Source of the DNA: Ktedonobacterales bacterium
GTDB lineage: Bacteria; Chloroflexota; Ktedonobacteria; Ktedonobacterales; JADMIN01
Direction of reading: 5' to 3'
Assembly (NCBI GenBank): GCA_035763125.1
Contig: DASUBU010000211.1
Span: 2,134 to 66,133 of the forward strand
Length of the DNA: 64,000 nt
Part shown: one piece after another, positions 1 to 8,278 of the stretch
Layout of the letters: each line of letters opens with the position of its first letter
Numbering within the stretch: position 1 is the stretch's first letter
Program-made: the position numbers and the translations under genes
The notes under the pieces: generated by a model
The model's database searches: none
The model's input: the letters and a program-made list of their open reading frames with translations, nothing else
Told to the model about the DNA's origin: nothing

Positions 1-500
1 CGGAGCGTGCTGACGTGGTTGCGGATGACGTGCGGCGGAAGCTGGCGGTCAGGGCGGCTGGCGTTGCGCTCGCGGCAGAGGCGCTCGTCGAGATTGAGGA
101 CGATGGCGACGGGCAGCACGTCGTGCTGGCGGGCAAGGTGAACCAGCCCCGCGCGATCCTGCGGCTTGACGTTGGTGGCGTCAACCACGGTGAGACGGCC
201 AAGCGCGAGGCGCAGGCCGGCGATGTGATGCAGCGCGTCGAAAGCGGCGGTGGTGACGGTCTGATCGTTGGGGTCGTCGCCGACCACGGCGCGGTAGTAG
301 TCGGAGTTGAGGATTTCAGTCGGCCGGAAGTGGCGCGCGGCGAAGGTGCTCTTGCCGGAGCCAGAGGCGCCGACGAGCACGACGAGGCTGAGCGCGGGGA
401 TCGTGATGACGCGCTCGCGTGGGGTTGGGCTCTTCGGCTCGGTCTCCGTGGAGACGGCCGCATTGTCATTGTCAATGGACTCGTCGGACATAGGAGGCAT
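1..500 (-). CDS. pnkp: Polynucleotide kinase-phosphatase Pnkp, N-terminal kinase domain. Partial: the 3' part runs off the window.
   Basis: Hand translation of the minus strand gives MPPMSDESIDN...ITIPALSLVVLVGASGSGKSTFAARHFRPTEILNSDYYR...RLTVVDATNVKPQDR...VAIVLNLDERLCRERN. It has a P-loop (GASGSGKST) and is colinear with the Clostridium thermocellum Pnkp kinase domain as I recall it. It is absent from the ORF track because it is open at the window edge. The start is ATG at 500 or at 491. Confidence 0.85.
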   Translation of the reverse strand, partial: MPPMSDESIDNDNAAVSTETEPKSPTPRERVITIPALSLVVLVGASGSGKSTFAARHFRPTEILNSDYYRAVVGDDPNDQTVTTAAFDALHHIAGLRLALGRLTVVDATNVKPQDRAGLVHLARQHDVLPVAIVLNLDERLCRERNASRPDRQLPPHVIRNHVSTL

Positions 501-540
501 TCTATCCTAGCTCAGCCGCGGCTGCCAAATCTGGATGGTG

Positions 541-1944
541 CTAAAGCCGGTCGAAGATGACGAGCTGGGAGGGGGCGCCGAGGTCGGGGTCGGTCGGGCC
601 GAGGTCCTGGCGCGTGGCGCGGTAGCCATGGGCAGCGGCAACACGCTCGGCCCAGGCCGCGCACTCGGCGCGGGTCCACTCAAAGCGGTGGTCGCCATGA
701 CGCAGCCGCGTCTCGCCCACCGTCGCCCAATGGACGTTGTATTCGCGGTTGGGCGTGGTGACGACGACGCGCCGTGGCCGGGCATGCGCAAAGACGACCC
801 GCTCCAGCGCCTCCAGTCGCGGCGGATCGAGATGCTCGATCACCTCGACCAGTGCCGCGGCGTCGAAGCCCTCCAGTCGCGTGTCACGATAGAGCAGCGA
901 GCCCTGGGCCAGCTCGAGACGCGCGCGCTGGGCCGGCGGCAGGGTGTCGTAGTGCAGGCGCCGGCGGGCGCGGGCCAGTGCCACCGACGAAACGTCCATG
1001 CCGAAGATGCGGGTGAGGCTGCGTTCGTTGAGCGCCAGCGCGAGCAGGCGCCCCTCGCCGCAGCCGAGGTCAACGAGCGAGTGCGCGCCAGCCTCGCGGA
1101 CGGCCGCCAGCACAGCGGCAAGGCGCTGCTCGTGAAGCCCCTGCACAGGCTCGTCGGTCTCCTGCGGCTCTGCGCCCTCTGCGGACTGATCTTCCCCAGC
1201 TTCCTCTGCGAGCGCTGGATCGCTCTCGGCGAGACGGGCTAGCGCGGAGGCGACCAGCGGGCGCTTGTAGCGCAGATAGCGCCGCGCGATCAGCTCGCGC
1301 TCCGGGTGCGCGGCCAGCCAGTCGCCGCCGTGGGCGAGCAGCTTCTCCGTCTCTGCGGCGTCCACGAAGTAGTGCTTGCTGTTGTCGAGCACCGGCAGCA
1401 GCACGTAGAGGTGGCCGAGCACGCCGCGCACGGTCTGCTCGCCGGCCAGCGTGACGCCGTAGAGATTGGACTCGCCCCAGGCGGGGAATTGTGGATCGAG
1501 CGGCAAGCGCGTGGTGGTGACCGCGTAGCCGAGCGGCGCGAAGACGCGCTCGATCAGCTCGGCGCCGCCATCACACGACACCGCCGGCAGGCGGACCTGC
1601 CAGGCGTAGCGGCGGTCGAGCAGCTCAGGATGCTCCTTGGAGTGTCCGGCGAGGGCGCTGGCGAAGGCCGTGCGCAGCGCGACACTCACCAGGCTAGAGG
1701 CGACGTAGGGCCGGTTGTTGACGTATTGATCGAGCTGGGTGAGGGCAGCTGGGCCGCGCACGAGACCGATGGGGTCCACGTCTACGACCAGCGCGACGGT
1801 CACCCGATCGTCGTTGACCTCTGGATAGAACGCCCAGACGGTGCCGGCCGAGAACTCGCGCCGGAAGACCGACGCAGGGTGCTTGCCGAGCAGGTAGCCG
1901 ACCTCGGGCGCATTCGGCGCGGAGCAGGTGAGCGTGAGGAGCAT
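541..1944 (-). CDS. hen1: Bacterial Hen1, 3'-terminal RNA ribose 2'-O-methyltransferase
   Basis: Internal ATG of ORF 541..2283, starting MLLTLTCSAPNAPEVGYLLGKHP, a typical bacterial Hen1 N-terminus. C-terminal SAM motif VDLGCGEGRLL. About 467 aa. Lies immediately upstream of pnkp on the same strand. Confidence 0.85.
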   Translation of the reverse strand: MLLTLTCSAPNAPEVGYLLGKHPASVFRREFSAGTVWAFYPEVNDDRVTVALVVDVDPIGLVRGPAALTQLDQYVNNRPYVASSLVSVALRTAFASALAGHSKEHPELLDRRYAWQVRLPAVSCDGGAELIERVFAPLGYAVTTTRLPLDPQFPAWGESNLYGVTLAGEQTVRGVLGHLYVLLPVLDNSKHYFVDAAETEKLLAHGGDWLAAHPERELIARRYLRYKRPLVASALARLAESDPALAEEAGEDQSAEGAEPQETDEPVQGLHEQRLAAVLAAVREAGAHSLVDLGCGEGRLLALALNERSLTRIFGMDVSSVALARARRRLHYDTLPPAQRARLELAQGSLLYRDTRLEGFDAAALVEVIEHLDPPRLEALERVVFAHARPRRVVVTTPNREYNVHWATVGETRLRHGDHRFEWTRAECAAWAERVAAAHGYRATRQDLGPTDPDLGAPSQLVIFDRL

Positions 1945-2029
1945 GGGGGGCCGCCAATCCAGGAAAGAAGCAAGGATGCCAGGGCAGTGTGCCACGGAAA
2001 CGGCTGCGATGCAAGCGGCAGGCTGGTGA

Positions 2030-2737
2030 CTAACTGCGGGTAGCGTCTGCGGGCGCACGGACGGGATGCGGCCAGGCGAAGAAGATGGCCAGCAGCACAT
2101 TGAGGGCGAGGCTGGCGGGCACGCTGAGGAAGGCCAGCGCGGTGCAGAGCAGATAGAGCAGCGGGCCAAAGCGATACCGGCGTGTGATGGCCTGGATAGC
2201 GGCTGGATCGTGGTCCGCAGTGAGCAGACGTCCGCGATGCGACGCGTACCACCATAAGACATTGAACGCGATCGCGAGCACAAAGTAGTTGCCGCTGTAG
2301 ATGACGGCGGCGGTAGTCTCGTCGCGCGGATTCGTATAGTGTGGCAGCAGGCCGGTCGTGAAGGGCACGAGTGTTACGAAGAGCAGCAGCAAGCCGTTGA
2401 GCAACAGGAAAAGGTGGTCAGTTCCGCGAATTACGCGGAACATGTTGTGGTGATTGACCCACATGATGAGGATGAAGGCGAAGCTGATCACGTAGGCCAC
2501 GTAATCACGCCAGCCGTCGAGCAGCTTCCCCGCCAGATCGCCACTGGCGGCCGGGACCTTCAAATTGAGCACCAACAGCGTGACGGCGATGGCAAAGACG
2601 CCGTCGCTGAAGGCCTCGACACGGCCGGTATCGCGCAGCAGGGGATGCGCCGTGCGCCCGCTCAGCCGCTTGCCGTCGCCGTCACGCTGGGCCGCGGCAT
2701 CTGGTTCTGTTGCTGGCCGGTTCATTCGCCGGAACAT
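2030..2737 (-). CDS. TMEM175 / DUF1211-family membrane protein (putative K+ channel)
   Basis: Signature RVEAFSDGVFAIAVTLLVL plus several TM helices. GGAGGA RBS upstream of the ATG at 2737. Confidence 0.75.
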   Translation of the reverse strand: MFRRMNRPATEPDAAAQRDGDGKRLSGRTAHPLLRDTGRVEAFSDGVFAIAVTLLVLNLKVPAASGDLAGKLLDGWRDYVAYVISFAFILIMWVNHHNMFRVIRGTDHLFLLLNGLLLLFVTLVPFTTGLLPHYTNPRDETTAAVIYSGNYFVLAIAFNVLWWYASHRGRLLTADHDPAAIQAITRRYRFGPLLYLLCTALAFLSVPASLALNVLLAIFFAWPHPVRAPADATRS

Positions 2738-2752
2738 CGGTCCTCCGTCAGC

Positions 2753-3010
2753 TCACACCACCATCTCATCCACATAGCACCAGCGCCAGTCTTCGCCCGG
2801 CTCGAACGACTGGATGATCGGGTGGCTGGTGGCGTGGAAGTGCTTGGTGGCGTGCTTGTTCTTCGAGTCGTCGCAGCAGCCGACGTGGCCGCACTCCAGG
2901 CAGAGGCGCAGATGCACCCACGTATCGCCAATCTTCAGACAATCCTCGCAGCCTTGCGCGCTCGGCGTCACGTCGCGGATCTGATCGAGATGGGTACACT
3001 GCTGAGCCAT
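2753..3010 (-). CDS. UBP-type zinc-finger domain protein
   Basis: CTHLDQI...CEDC...WVHLRLCLECGHVGCCDDSKNKHATKHFHATSHP, a Cys/His pattern typical of ZnF-UBP. AAGGAGAG RBS favours the ATG at 3010 over the GTG at 3016. The stop overlaps the RBS of the next gene. Confidence 0.75.
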   Translation of the reverse strand: MAQQCTHLDQIRDVTPSAQGCEDCLKIGDTWVHLRLCLECGHVGCCDDSKNKHATKHFHATSHPIIQSFEPGEDWRWCYVDEMVV

Positions 3011-3206
3011 GGTCACCTCTCCTTGCGGCCTGAATGGAGCTGGACAGTCCTGACAGCCTCGCTGCCCTGCCAGAGTGTGGCACAGGCCGCGCGCATGTGT
3101 CGAGGCTCAGCGCGCCAATTCCGCCAGAAGCTGCCCGCATGTGCAGGTGATCCTGGACCTATGGCGAGGCGAACGGCGCCGCGATGCGAGTTGCCGCATG
3201 CTCACG

Positions 3207-3950
3207 CTACGGCAGCCGGTAGCCGCCATAGAGCGCGTGTCCCGCGCGCTCCCAGAAGACGTTGGCCGCGCCGCAGCCGGCCGCCGCGAGCCACTCCAGA
3301 TGCTCGGGCAGCGTGGAGGGCATATCCATCGGGTCCGGGTAGTCGTACAGGTTCCAGTGATCGTCGAGGAACTGCTGGTAGGCCCGCGGCGACCCGGTAA
3401 GCGCGAGGGACTGGCGCTTCACCTCGGCATCCCACGCGCGCGCCATCATGCGCCGCTCCCACTCGCTGCGTGGAGCGACGAGGTCAGCGATGAGGATCGC
3501 GCCGCCCGGCTCCAGATGCGCGGCGAGGTTGCGGTAGAGCGCCTGTTTGCCGGCGCCATCCAGGTGGTGGACGACCAGCGAGCTGACGAAGCAGCGGACG
3601 TCGCTTCCAATCTCCGCCAGCCACGAGCTGTCCTCCAGCCGGAAGGGCCGCAGCTCGAAGCGCCCCGCAAAGGGCGCGAGCCGCTTCTGAGTCTCGCGCA
3701 GCATCTCTGCCGAGCCGTCCAGGCCGAGCACCCGCGCCGCCGGGAAGCGCTCCAGAATCGCCGCGCTGAGCCAGCCGCCGCCTACCCCCAGCTCGACCGC
3801 CAGGAAGGCCTCGGATGCCTCGGCGGGGATCAGATCGAGGATGGTTTCCTGTATCTCATCGCGCGACGGCGTGTAGATGCGGCCCAGCTCGATGAAGTGC
3901 CGCGAGCTCTCTTCGCTCCAGGCGGGCTCTGTGCTGTCTGGTGACGGCAT
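3207..3950 (-). CDS. Class I SAM-dependent methyltransferase
   Basis: Motif I VELGVGGGWLS and post-I LGLDGS. Internal ATG at 3950 preceded by GAGGAGG. Confidence 0.7.
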   Translation of the reverse strand: MPSPDSTEPAWSEESSRHFIELGRIYTPSRDEIQETILDLIPAEASEAFLAVELGVGGGWLSAAILERFPAARVLGLDGSAEMLRETQKRLAPFAGRFELRPFRLEDSSWLAEIGSDVRCFVSSLVVHHLDGAGKQALYRNLAAHLEPGGAILIADLVAPRSEWERRMMARAWDAEVKRQSLALTGSPRAYQQFLDDHWNLYDYPDPMDMPSTLPEHLEWLAAAGCGAANVFWERAGHALYGGYRLP

Positions 3951-4036
3951 CCGCGTCCTCCTCGTTGGTCTTCGCGCTGTTCCGGCCACGTTCTACCACA
4001 TGTACCCGCGAGGGAGGAGGCAGGAATCTGCGCGAA

Positions 4037-4516
4037 TTAGCCGGCGGCCACCGCGGCGAGAATCGCCTCGCGCAGCCTGGCGGCGTCGCCCTGGCGGACG
4101 AGCTTGCCAGTCGAGTCGAGGCCATGCTCGCGGACGATCGCGCGCAGCGTGCCCAGGCGCAGCTCGTCCAGCGCGGCGCGCAGGCCGTCGAGGCCGAGCC
4201 GATCGCGCAGCGCGAAGGGATCGGGGATGCCGGTGCCAAGCTCTGGTCCCGCGCCGGTGACGAGCCGCGGCGTGAAGGCGCGCGGGGCGCGCTTGGGCGC
4301 TTTGGGCGCGGCTGGCTCGGAGGTGCTGGTGTCGGCAGGCGTGTCAATGCGGTCGGGCCGTTCGGCGGGAGTATCCGGGCGTCCACCGAACGGCACGACG
4401 GATTCACCATCGCTGCTGGCGGAAACGGCCGAGGCGACGCGGCGGGCCAGCGCGGGGTCGCGCTCGAGCTCGGCGGCGACGGCGCGCAGTGTGCGGGCGA
4501 GCGTCTCCACGCTCAT
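4037..4516 (-). CDS. Hypothetical protein downstream of parA. The C-terminus resembles a Rho_N/SAP-like helix-extended-helix motif.
   Basis: C-terminal LDELRLGTLRAIVREHGLDSTGKLVRQGDAARLREAILAAV. The start is uncertain: the ATG at 4516 has no obvious RBS. The upstream part of ORF 4037..4942 overlaps parA and is rejected. Confidence 0.45.
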   Translation of the reverse strand: MSVETLARTLRAVAAELERDPALARRVASAVSASSDGESVVPFGGRPDTPAERPDRIDTPADTSTSEPAAPKAPKRAPRAFTPRLVTGAGPELGTGIPDPFALRDRLGLDGLRAALDELRLGTLRAIVREHGLDSTGKLVRQGDAARLREAILAAVAAG

Positions 4517-4664
4517 CGGCAGCGTTGTGTCCGCGCGCAATTCCGCACTCCCAGCCGGCGGCGTCTCACTGGCGCGCGCATCCGATCGCGGCCGCTTTCC
4601 TCGCGACGCAGCGGCCTTGACCGCGCCTGCCTGCGATGACTGCTCGGCGCCAGTGGCGCCGGCC

Positions 4665-5453
4665 CTACGCGCGGCGGCGCCGGTCGTATGGCTTCGGGTG
4701 CGCTGGGACAAGGCGTTTGACCTCCCGGGCGAGCTGCATGTAGGCTTGGCCGCCGCTGCTGTTGGGCGCGAAGCTGAGGATGCTCTCGTTCTCGCGATGG
4801 GCCTTCTCCAGGTCGAGATTCTTGGGGATACGCGTGTCGAGCAGCCGTCCCTCGAACTTCTTCTCCAGGATGCCCCAGGTGTCGTTGGCGGTGGTGGTGT
4901 TCTCGAAGAAGGTAGCGACCACACCGGCGATCTCGAGGTCATCCAGGTCGAGCTGGTAGCGCAGGTCCTCGATGGTCGCCTCCAGCTTGTCCATGCCGAT
5001 CAGGCTGAACTCGGTGAGCGAGACTGGCACCAGCACGCGATGCGAGGCCGCCAGCGCGTTCTGTGTCAACACGCCGAGCGAGGGAGGCGTATCAAGGATG
5101 ATATAGTCGAAATCCTGGCCGTTGAGCGCGCGGGCCAGCCGCCACTCGCGCCCTGGCCGTGAGGCCAGCTCGACGTCGGCGTTTTGCAGGCGCCCATCGG
5201 CGGGCACGATCCAGACGTTCTCCTCGTTGGTCTTCCAGACGACCGTTTCGAGGTTGCGCTCGCCACACAGCACGTCGTAGAGCGAGGGGACGGGGTGGAC
5301 ACGGCCGGTGAGGGCGTAGGTGGCGTTGGCCTGGCCGTCCACATCCACCACCAGCACGCGATTACCCAGGCGCGCAAGCCCGGCGGCGAGATTGACGGCG
5401 GTGGTGGTCTTGCCGACGCCGCCCTTGTTATTCGCGATACAGATCGCGGTCAT
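4665..5453 (-). CDS. parA: ParA/Soj-family P-loop ATPase
   Basis: MTAICIANNKGGVGKTTTAVNLAAGLA, a deviant Walker A, followed by VLVVDVDGQANAT. Confidence 0.85.
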   Translation of the reverse strand: MTAICIANNKGGVGKTTTAVNLAAGLARLGNRVLVVDVDGQANATYALTGRVHPVPSLYDVLCGERNLETVVWKTNEENVWIVPADGRLQNADVELASRPGREWRLARALNGQDFDYIILDTPPSLGVLTQNALAASHRVLVPVSLTEFSLIGMDKLEATIEDLRYQLDLDDLEIAGVVATFFENTTTANDTWGILEKKFEGRLLDTRIPKNLDLEKAHRENESILSFAPNSSGGQAYMQLAREVKRLVPAHPKPYDRRRRA

Positions 5454-5759
5454 CAGCGGACCTCCTGGCGCGGGGCGCTCTCCAGCTCGTCACGGCCGTT
5501 CACCGGCCGGCACAGGCCGCCGCTCTGCCCAGGGTGCGCCGAAAAAGCGAGGCGGCAACGGCCGTCAGCGTAGCATGGGATGGGCGCTGGCGTCAAAGCA
5601 TGGGTGACGTTTTGGCGAGGCTAACGTCGGGTGATGGTGATGACGAGCAGGCGGCACACGAGAACGGCAAAGGAGGCTTGCGCCAGACCGGCGGACCTGC
5701 TACCCTGGACGCGGCTTCGCGTGCGTAGATCGGGCTGCGAGATTCCGAGGAGGCAGGCG

Positions 5760-6536
5760 ATGGCCTTCGTTCCCATCAGCAGCGACCCCGCCAACCGGCG
5801 CTCGTTTCCCTTCGTCAACTACCTGCTGATCCTCGCCAATGTCGGCGTCTTCGTCTACGAGCTGGTCCAGGGGCCGGCGTTCACGAGCTGCCTCACGCGG
5901 GCCTACGCGCTGGTGCCCAACGACATCGTGCACAACACGACGCATGCCACAGGCTGCGCGATTCACGAGCCGGCGCCAGTCTACCTCACGCTGCTCACGG
6001 CGCTCTTTCTGCACGCGGGGCTGCTGCACATCGGCGGGAACATGCTCTTCCTGTGGGCGTTCGGCGGCAACGTCGAGGATGCGCTCGGCCACTTCTGGTA
6101 TCTGATCTTCTACCTCTTCTGCGGGCTAGCTGCCTCGGCGGCGCAGATCATCTTCAGCCTCTACGCTGGCGAGGCAAACATCCTCAATTTGGGCGCGAGC
6201 GGCGCCATCGCAGGCGTGCTGGGCGCGTATCTGGTGTTCTTCCCCAGCTCGAAGATTCGCACCATCATCTTCATCGGTATCTTCATCACCTTCGCACGGG
6301 TCTACGCCTTTATCCTGATCGTCGTCTTCATCCTGCTCCAACTGCTGGACGCCTACGTCGAGGTGGTGAACATCACCAACGGCCAAGTCAGCAGCGGAGG
6401 CGGCGTGGCGTTCTTCGCACACATCGGCGGCTTCGCCGTCGGACTGCTGATCGGCCTGCTGGTCAAGCTGTTCGGCGGACCGCGCAAGCGCGACGCGTCG
6501 GCCAGCTATCCGTACTGGCCGCGCTACGCCTCGTAG
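5760..6536 (+). CDS. Rhomboid-family intramembrane serine protease
   Basis: LHAGLLHIGGNMLFLWAFG, catalytic GASGAIAGVLGAY, and FFAHIGGFAVG. ATG at 5760 preceded by GAGGAGG. Confidence 0.85.
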   Translation: MAFVPISSDPANRRSFPFVNYLLILANVGVFVYELVQGPAFTSCLTRAYALVPNDIVHNTTHATGCAIHEPAPVYLTLLTALFLHAGLLHIGGNMLFLWAFGGNVEDALGHFWYLIFYLFCGLAASAAQIIFSLYAGEANILNLGASGAIAGVLGAYLVFFPSSKIRTIIFIGIFITFARVYAFILIVVFILLQLLDAYVEVVNITNGQVSSGGGVAFFAHIGGFAVGLLIGLLVKLFGGPRKRDASASYPYWPRYAS

Positions 6537-6712
6537 CAACCTGCTGAACTGGCTGGCTAAGAGAGAGATTGCCAAGCCGGTCAACACTACCAGACGATAG
6601 CCCCACGGCATGTCCTGGACAGTCGCGCGCGCTGCGGGTATCGTTGGAATGTGATGCCAGGGCTGCGCGGCACTGCGGCCGGACGAATTGAGATCGAAGG
6701 GGAGGGGATCCC

Positions 6713-7780
6713 ATGAGCGAGCAGGCGCGGGTGAAGAATAGCGTCGGCATCTGGGCGTTCGGCCCTAACGCGACGCGGTTCGTGCCGCCGGGCTACCATC
6801 CTGAGGTGGCGGGCGAAGACATGGTGACGCGCACGCGGCGAGTGGTGGATGGCCTGGCGGATCTGGTGGACGGCCTGGAGTACCACTATCCTGGCGAGAT
6901 CCACGAGGACACGCTGGACGCCATCAAGGCGGCGCTTGGCCCGATGGATATCTACTGCATCGCGGCAGGGTTGCACCCCGATCCCACGTACAAGCTGGGC
7001 GTGCTGATCAATCCCGACGAGCAGCTGCGCGCGCGCGGCATCGAGACGCTCAAGCGCGGGATAGACCTGGCGGCGGCAGTGGGGGCACACTTCATCATCT
7101 GGCCGGGCGCGGAAGGCTACAACTACAACTTCCAGCGCGAGTACCGCGCGACGTGGGACCGCTTCATCGCGGGCATCGCCGAGCTGGTGGCGCACGCCGC
7201 CGAGAAGGGCGTGACGGTCTTTCTGGAGCACAAGAACTCCGAGCCGGCGATGAACATCCTGATGCGTAACATCGGCATGTGCCTCTACGTCATTGATCGG
7301 GTGCGCCGTGAGGGCGTGGATACCAGCCGCCTGCAGGTGAACATGGACTGGCAGCACCTCATTATGAACGGCGAGAATCTGGCGGAATACGCGGCGCTGC
7401 TGGCGAGCGAAGGCAAGATGGGCCATCACCACGCCAATTCGGGATGGGGTACCTTCGACGACGACAACATGGCCGGGGCGAGCTTCTTCATGCAGACGCT
7501 GGAGCTGGCGATGGTGCTGCAAGACGCCGGCTACGGCGCGGGCGGCGAGCGCATCGGCTTCGACCTGTATCCCTACACCGAGGACCAGATCGCGGCGGTG
7601 CGGCGCTCGGTGCTGCAGTGGGAGTTCATTGACGACCTGGCGCGCACCATTGACCGGCAGAAGCTGGCCGAGGCGCGCTCGCGGGCCGATGCGATCGGCG
7701 GCTACACCGAGGTCTTCCGCACGCTGGGGCTGACGCCGGAGTACGAGCGGCGCATCATCGAGCGGCACGCCCGTAGCTGA
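6713..7780 (+). CDS. Xylose-isomerase-like TIM-barrel protein (sugar isomerase/epimerase family)
   Basis: The motif order parallels class I XylA: FLEHKNSEP vs FAIEPKPNEP, VNMDWQHLIMNG vs VNPEVGHEQMAG, and FDLYPYTED vs FDFKPPRTED. The exact substrate is unknown. Confidence 0.65.
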   Translation: MSEQARVKNSVGIWAFGPNATRFVPPGYHPEVAGEDMVTRTRRVVDGLADLVDGLEYHYPGEIHEDTLDAIKAALGPMDIYCIAAGLHPDPTYKLGVLINPDEQLRARGIETLKRGIDLAAAVGAHFIIWPGAEGYNYNFQREYRATWDRFIAGIAELVAHAAEKGVTVFLEHKNSEPAMNILMRNIGMCLYVIDRVRREGVDTSRLQVNMDWQHLIMNGENLAEYAALLASEGKMGHHHANSGWGTFDDDNMAGASFFMQTLELAMVLQDAGYGAGGERIGFDLYPYTEDQIAAVRRSVLQWEFIDDLARTIDRQKLAEARSRADAIGGYTEVFRTLGLTPEYERRIIERHARS

Positions 7781-7807
7781 CGCCGGCCACGAGCGTGGCA
7801 GTGCACC

Positions 7808-8029
7808 TCATGCCGCCGCGGTGACGGGCGGCAGCTCCTCGCCGTGCTGCCTGGCAACCTCGATTAGCTCATCTAGCGCGTCCTGGCCATTGGCGGCGGC
7901 TTCGGCGTAGGTGGCGCCGTCTGTGACTGGCCCGCCAATGCGACCATCTGCTTCCCACTCAGGCAAACGCACCAGATAGGCGGAGTCCTTATCAGACCAC
8001 GCAATCATCATCGTATAGTGCGGTTGCAT
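7808..8029 (-). CDS. hicB: HicB-family antitoxin (short form, no obvious DNA-binding domain)
   Basis: YTMMIAWSDKDSAYLVRLPEW...TDGATYAEAAANGQDALDELIE. Starts 2 nt after the hicA stop. Confidence 0.7.
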   Translation of the reverse strand: MQPHYTMMIAWSDKDSAYLVRLPEWEADGRIGGPVTDGATYAEAAANGQDALDELIEVARQHGEELPPVTAAA

Positions 8030-8031
8030 GA

Positions 8032-8268
8032 CTAAGTCCCCCTGTGCTTTCGTTCCGCTTCGCGTGCGAGGCGGATGCCTTCTCGCACTTCGGTTTCTTG
8101 GTAGTGTTTGGCGTCCTCCCCGTCCTTATCCTTACCCGGTAAGTTGACGTTGTATCGTCCCAACAATGGATGACGCCACACGGTGTGGTCACCCTTGCCT
8201 CGGCCGCGTTGCTGTTCAAAGCCAGCTTGTCGCAGATCGCGCTTCAGCTCGCGAATCTTCCGCGGCAT
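8032..8268 (-). CDS. hicA: HicA-family toxin (mRNA interferase)
   Basis: Internal ATG of ORF 8032..8490: MPRKIRELKRDLRQAGFEQQRGRGKGDHTVWRHP. This fits the YcfA/HicA pattern G-x-H...W. Confidence 0.7.
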   Translation of the reverse strand: MPRKIRELKRDLRQAGFEQQRGRGKGDHTVWRHPLLGRYNVNLPGKDKDGEDAKHYQETEVREGIRLAREAERKHRGT

Positions 8269-8278
8269 TATACCCTCA

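Noticed and set aside
4517-4942. N-terminal extension of ORF 4037..4942 that overlaps the 3' end of parA
   Set aside because: It overlaps parA by about 280 nt in another frame and is Ser/Arg/Pro/Thr-rich. Only the distal part, from about 4516, looks protein-like.
6587-7768. 393-aa ORF antisense to the xylose-isomerase-like gene
   Set aside because: Same reasoning as above: the sense frame has a conserved TIM-barrel motif order and a good RBS, and the antisense frame is Arg/His/Ala-rich.
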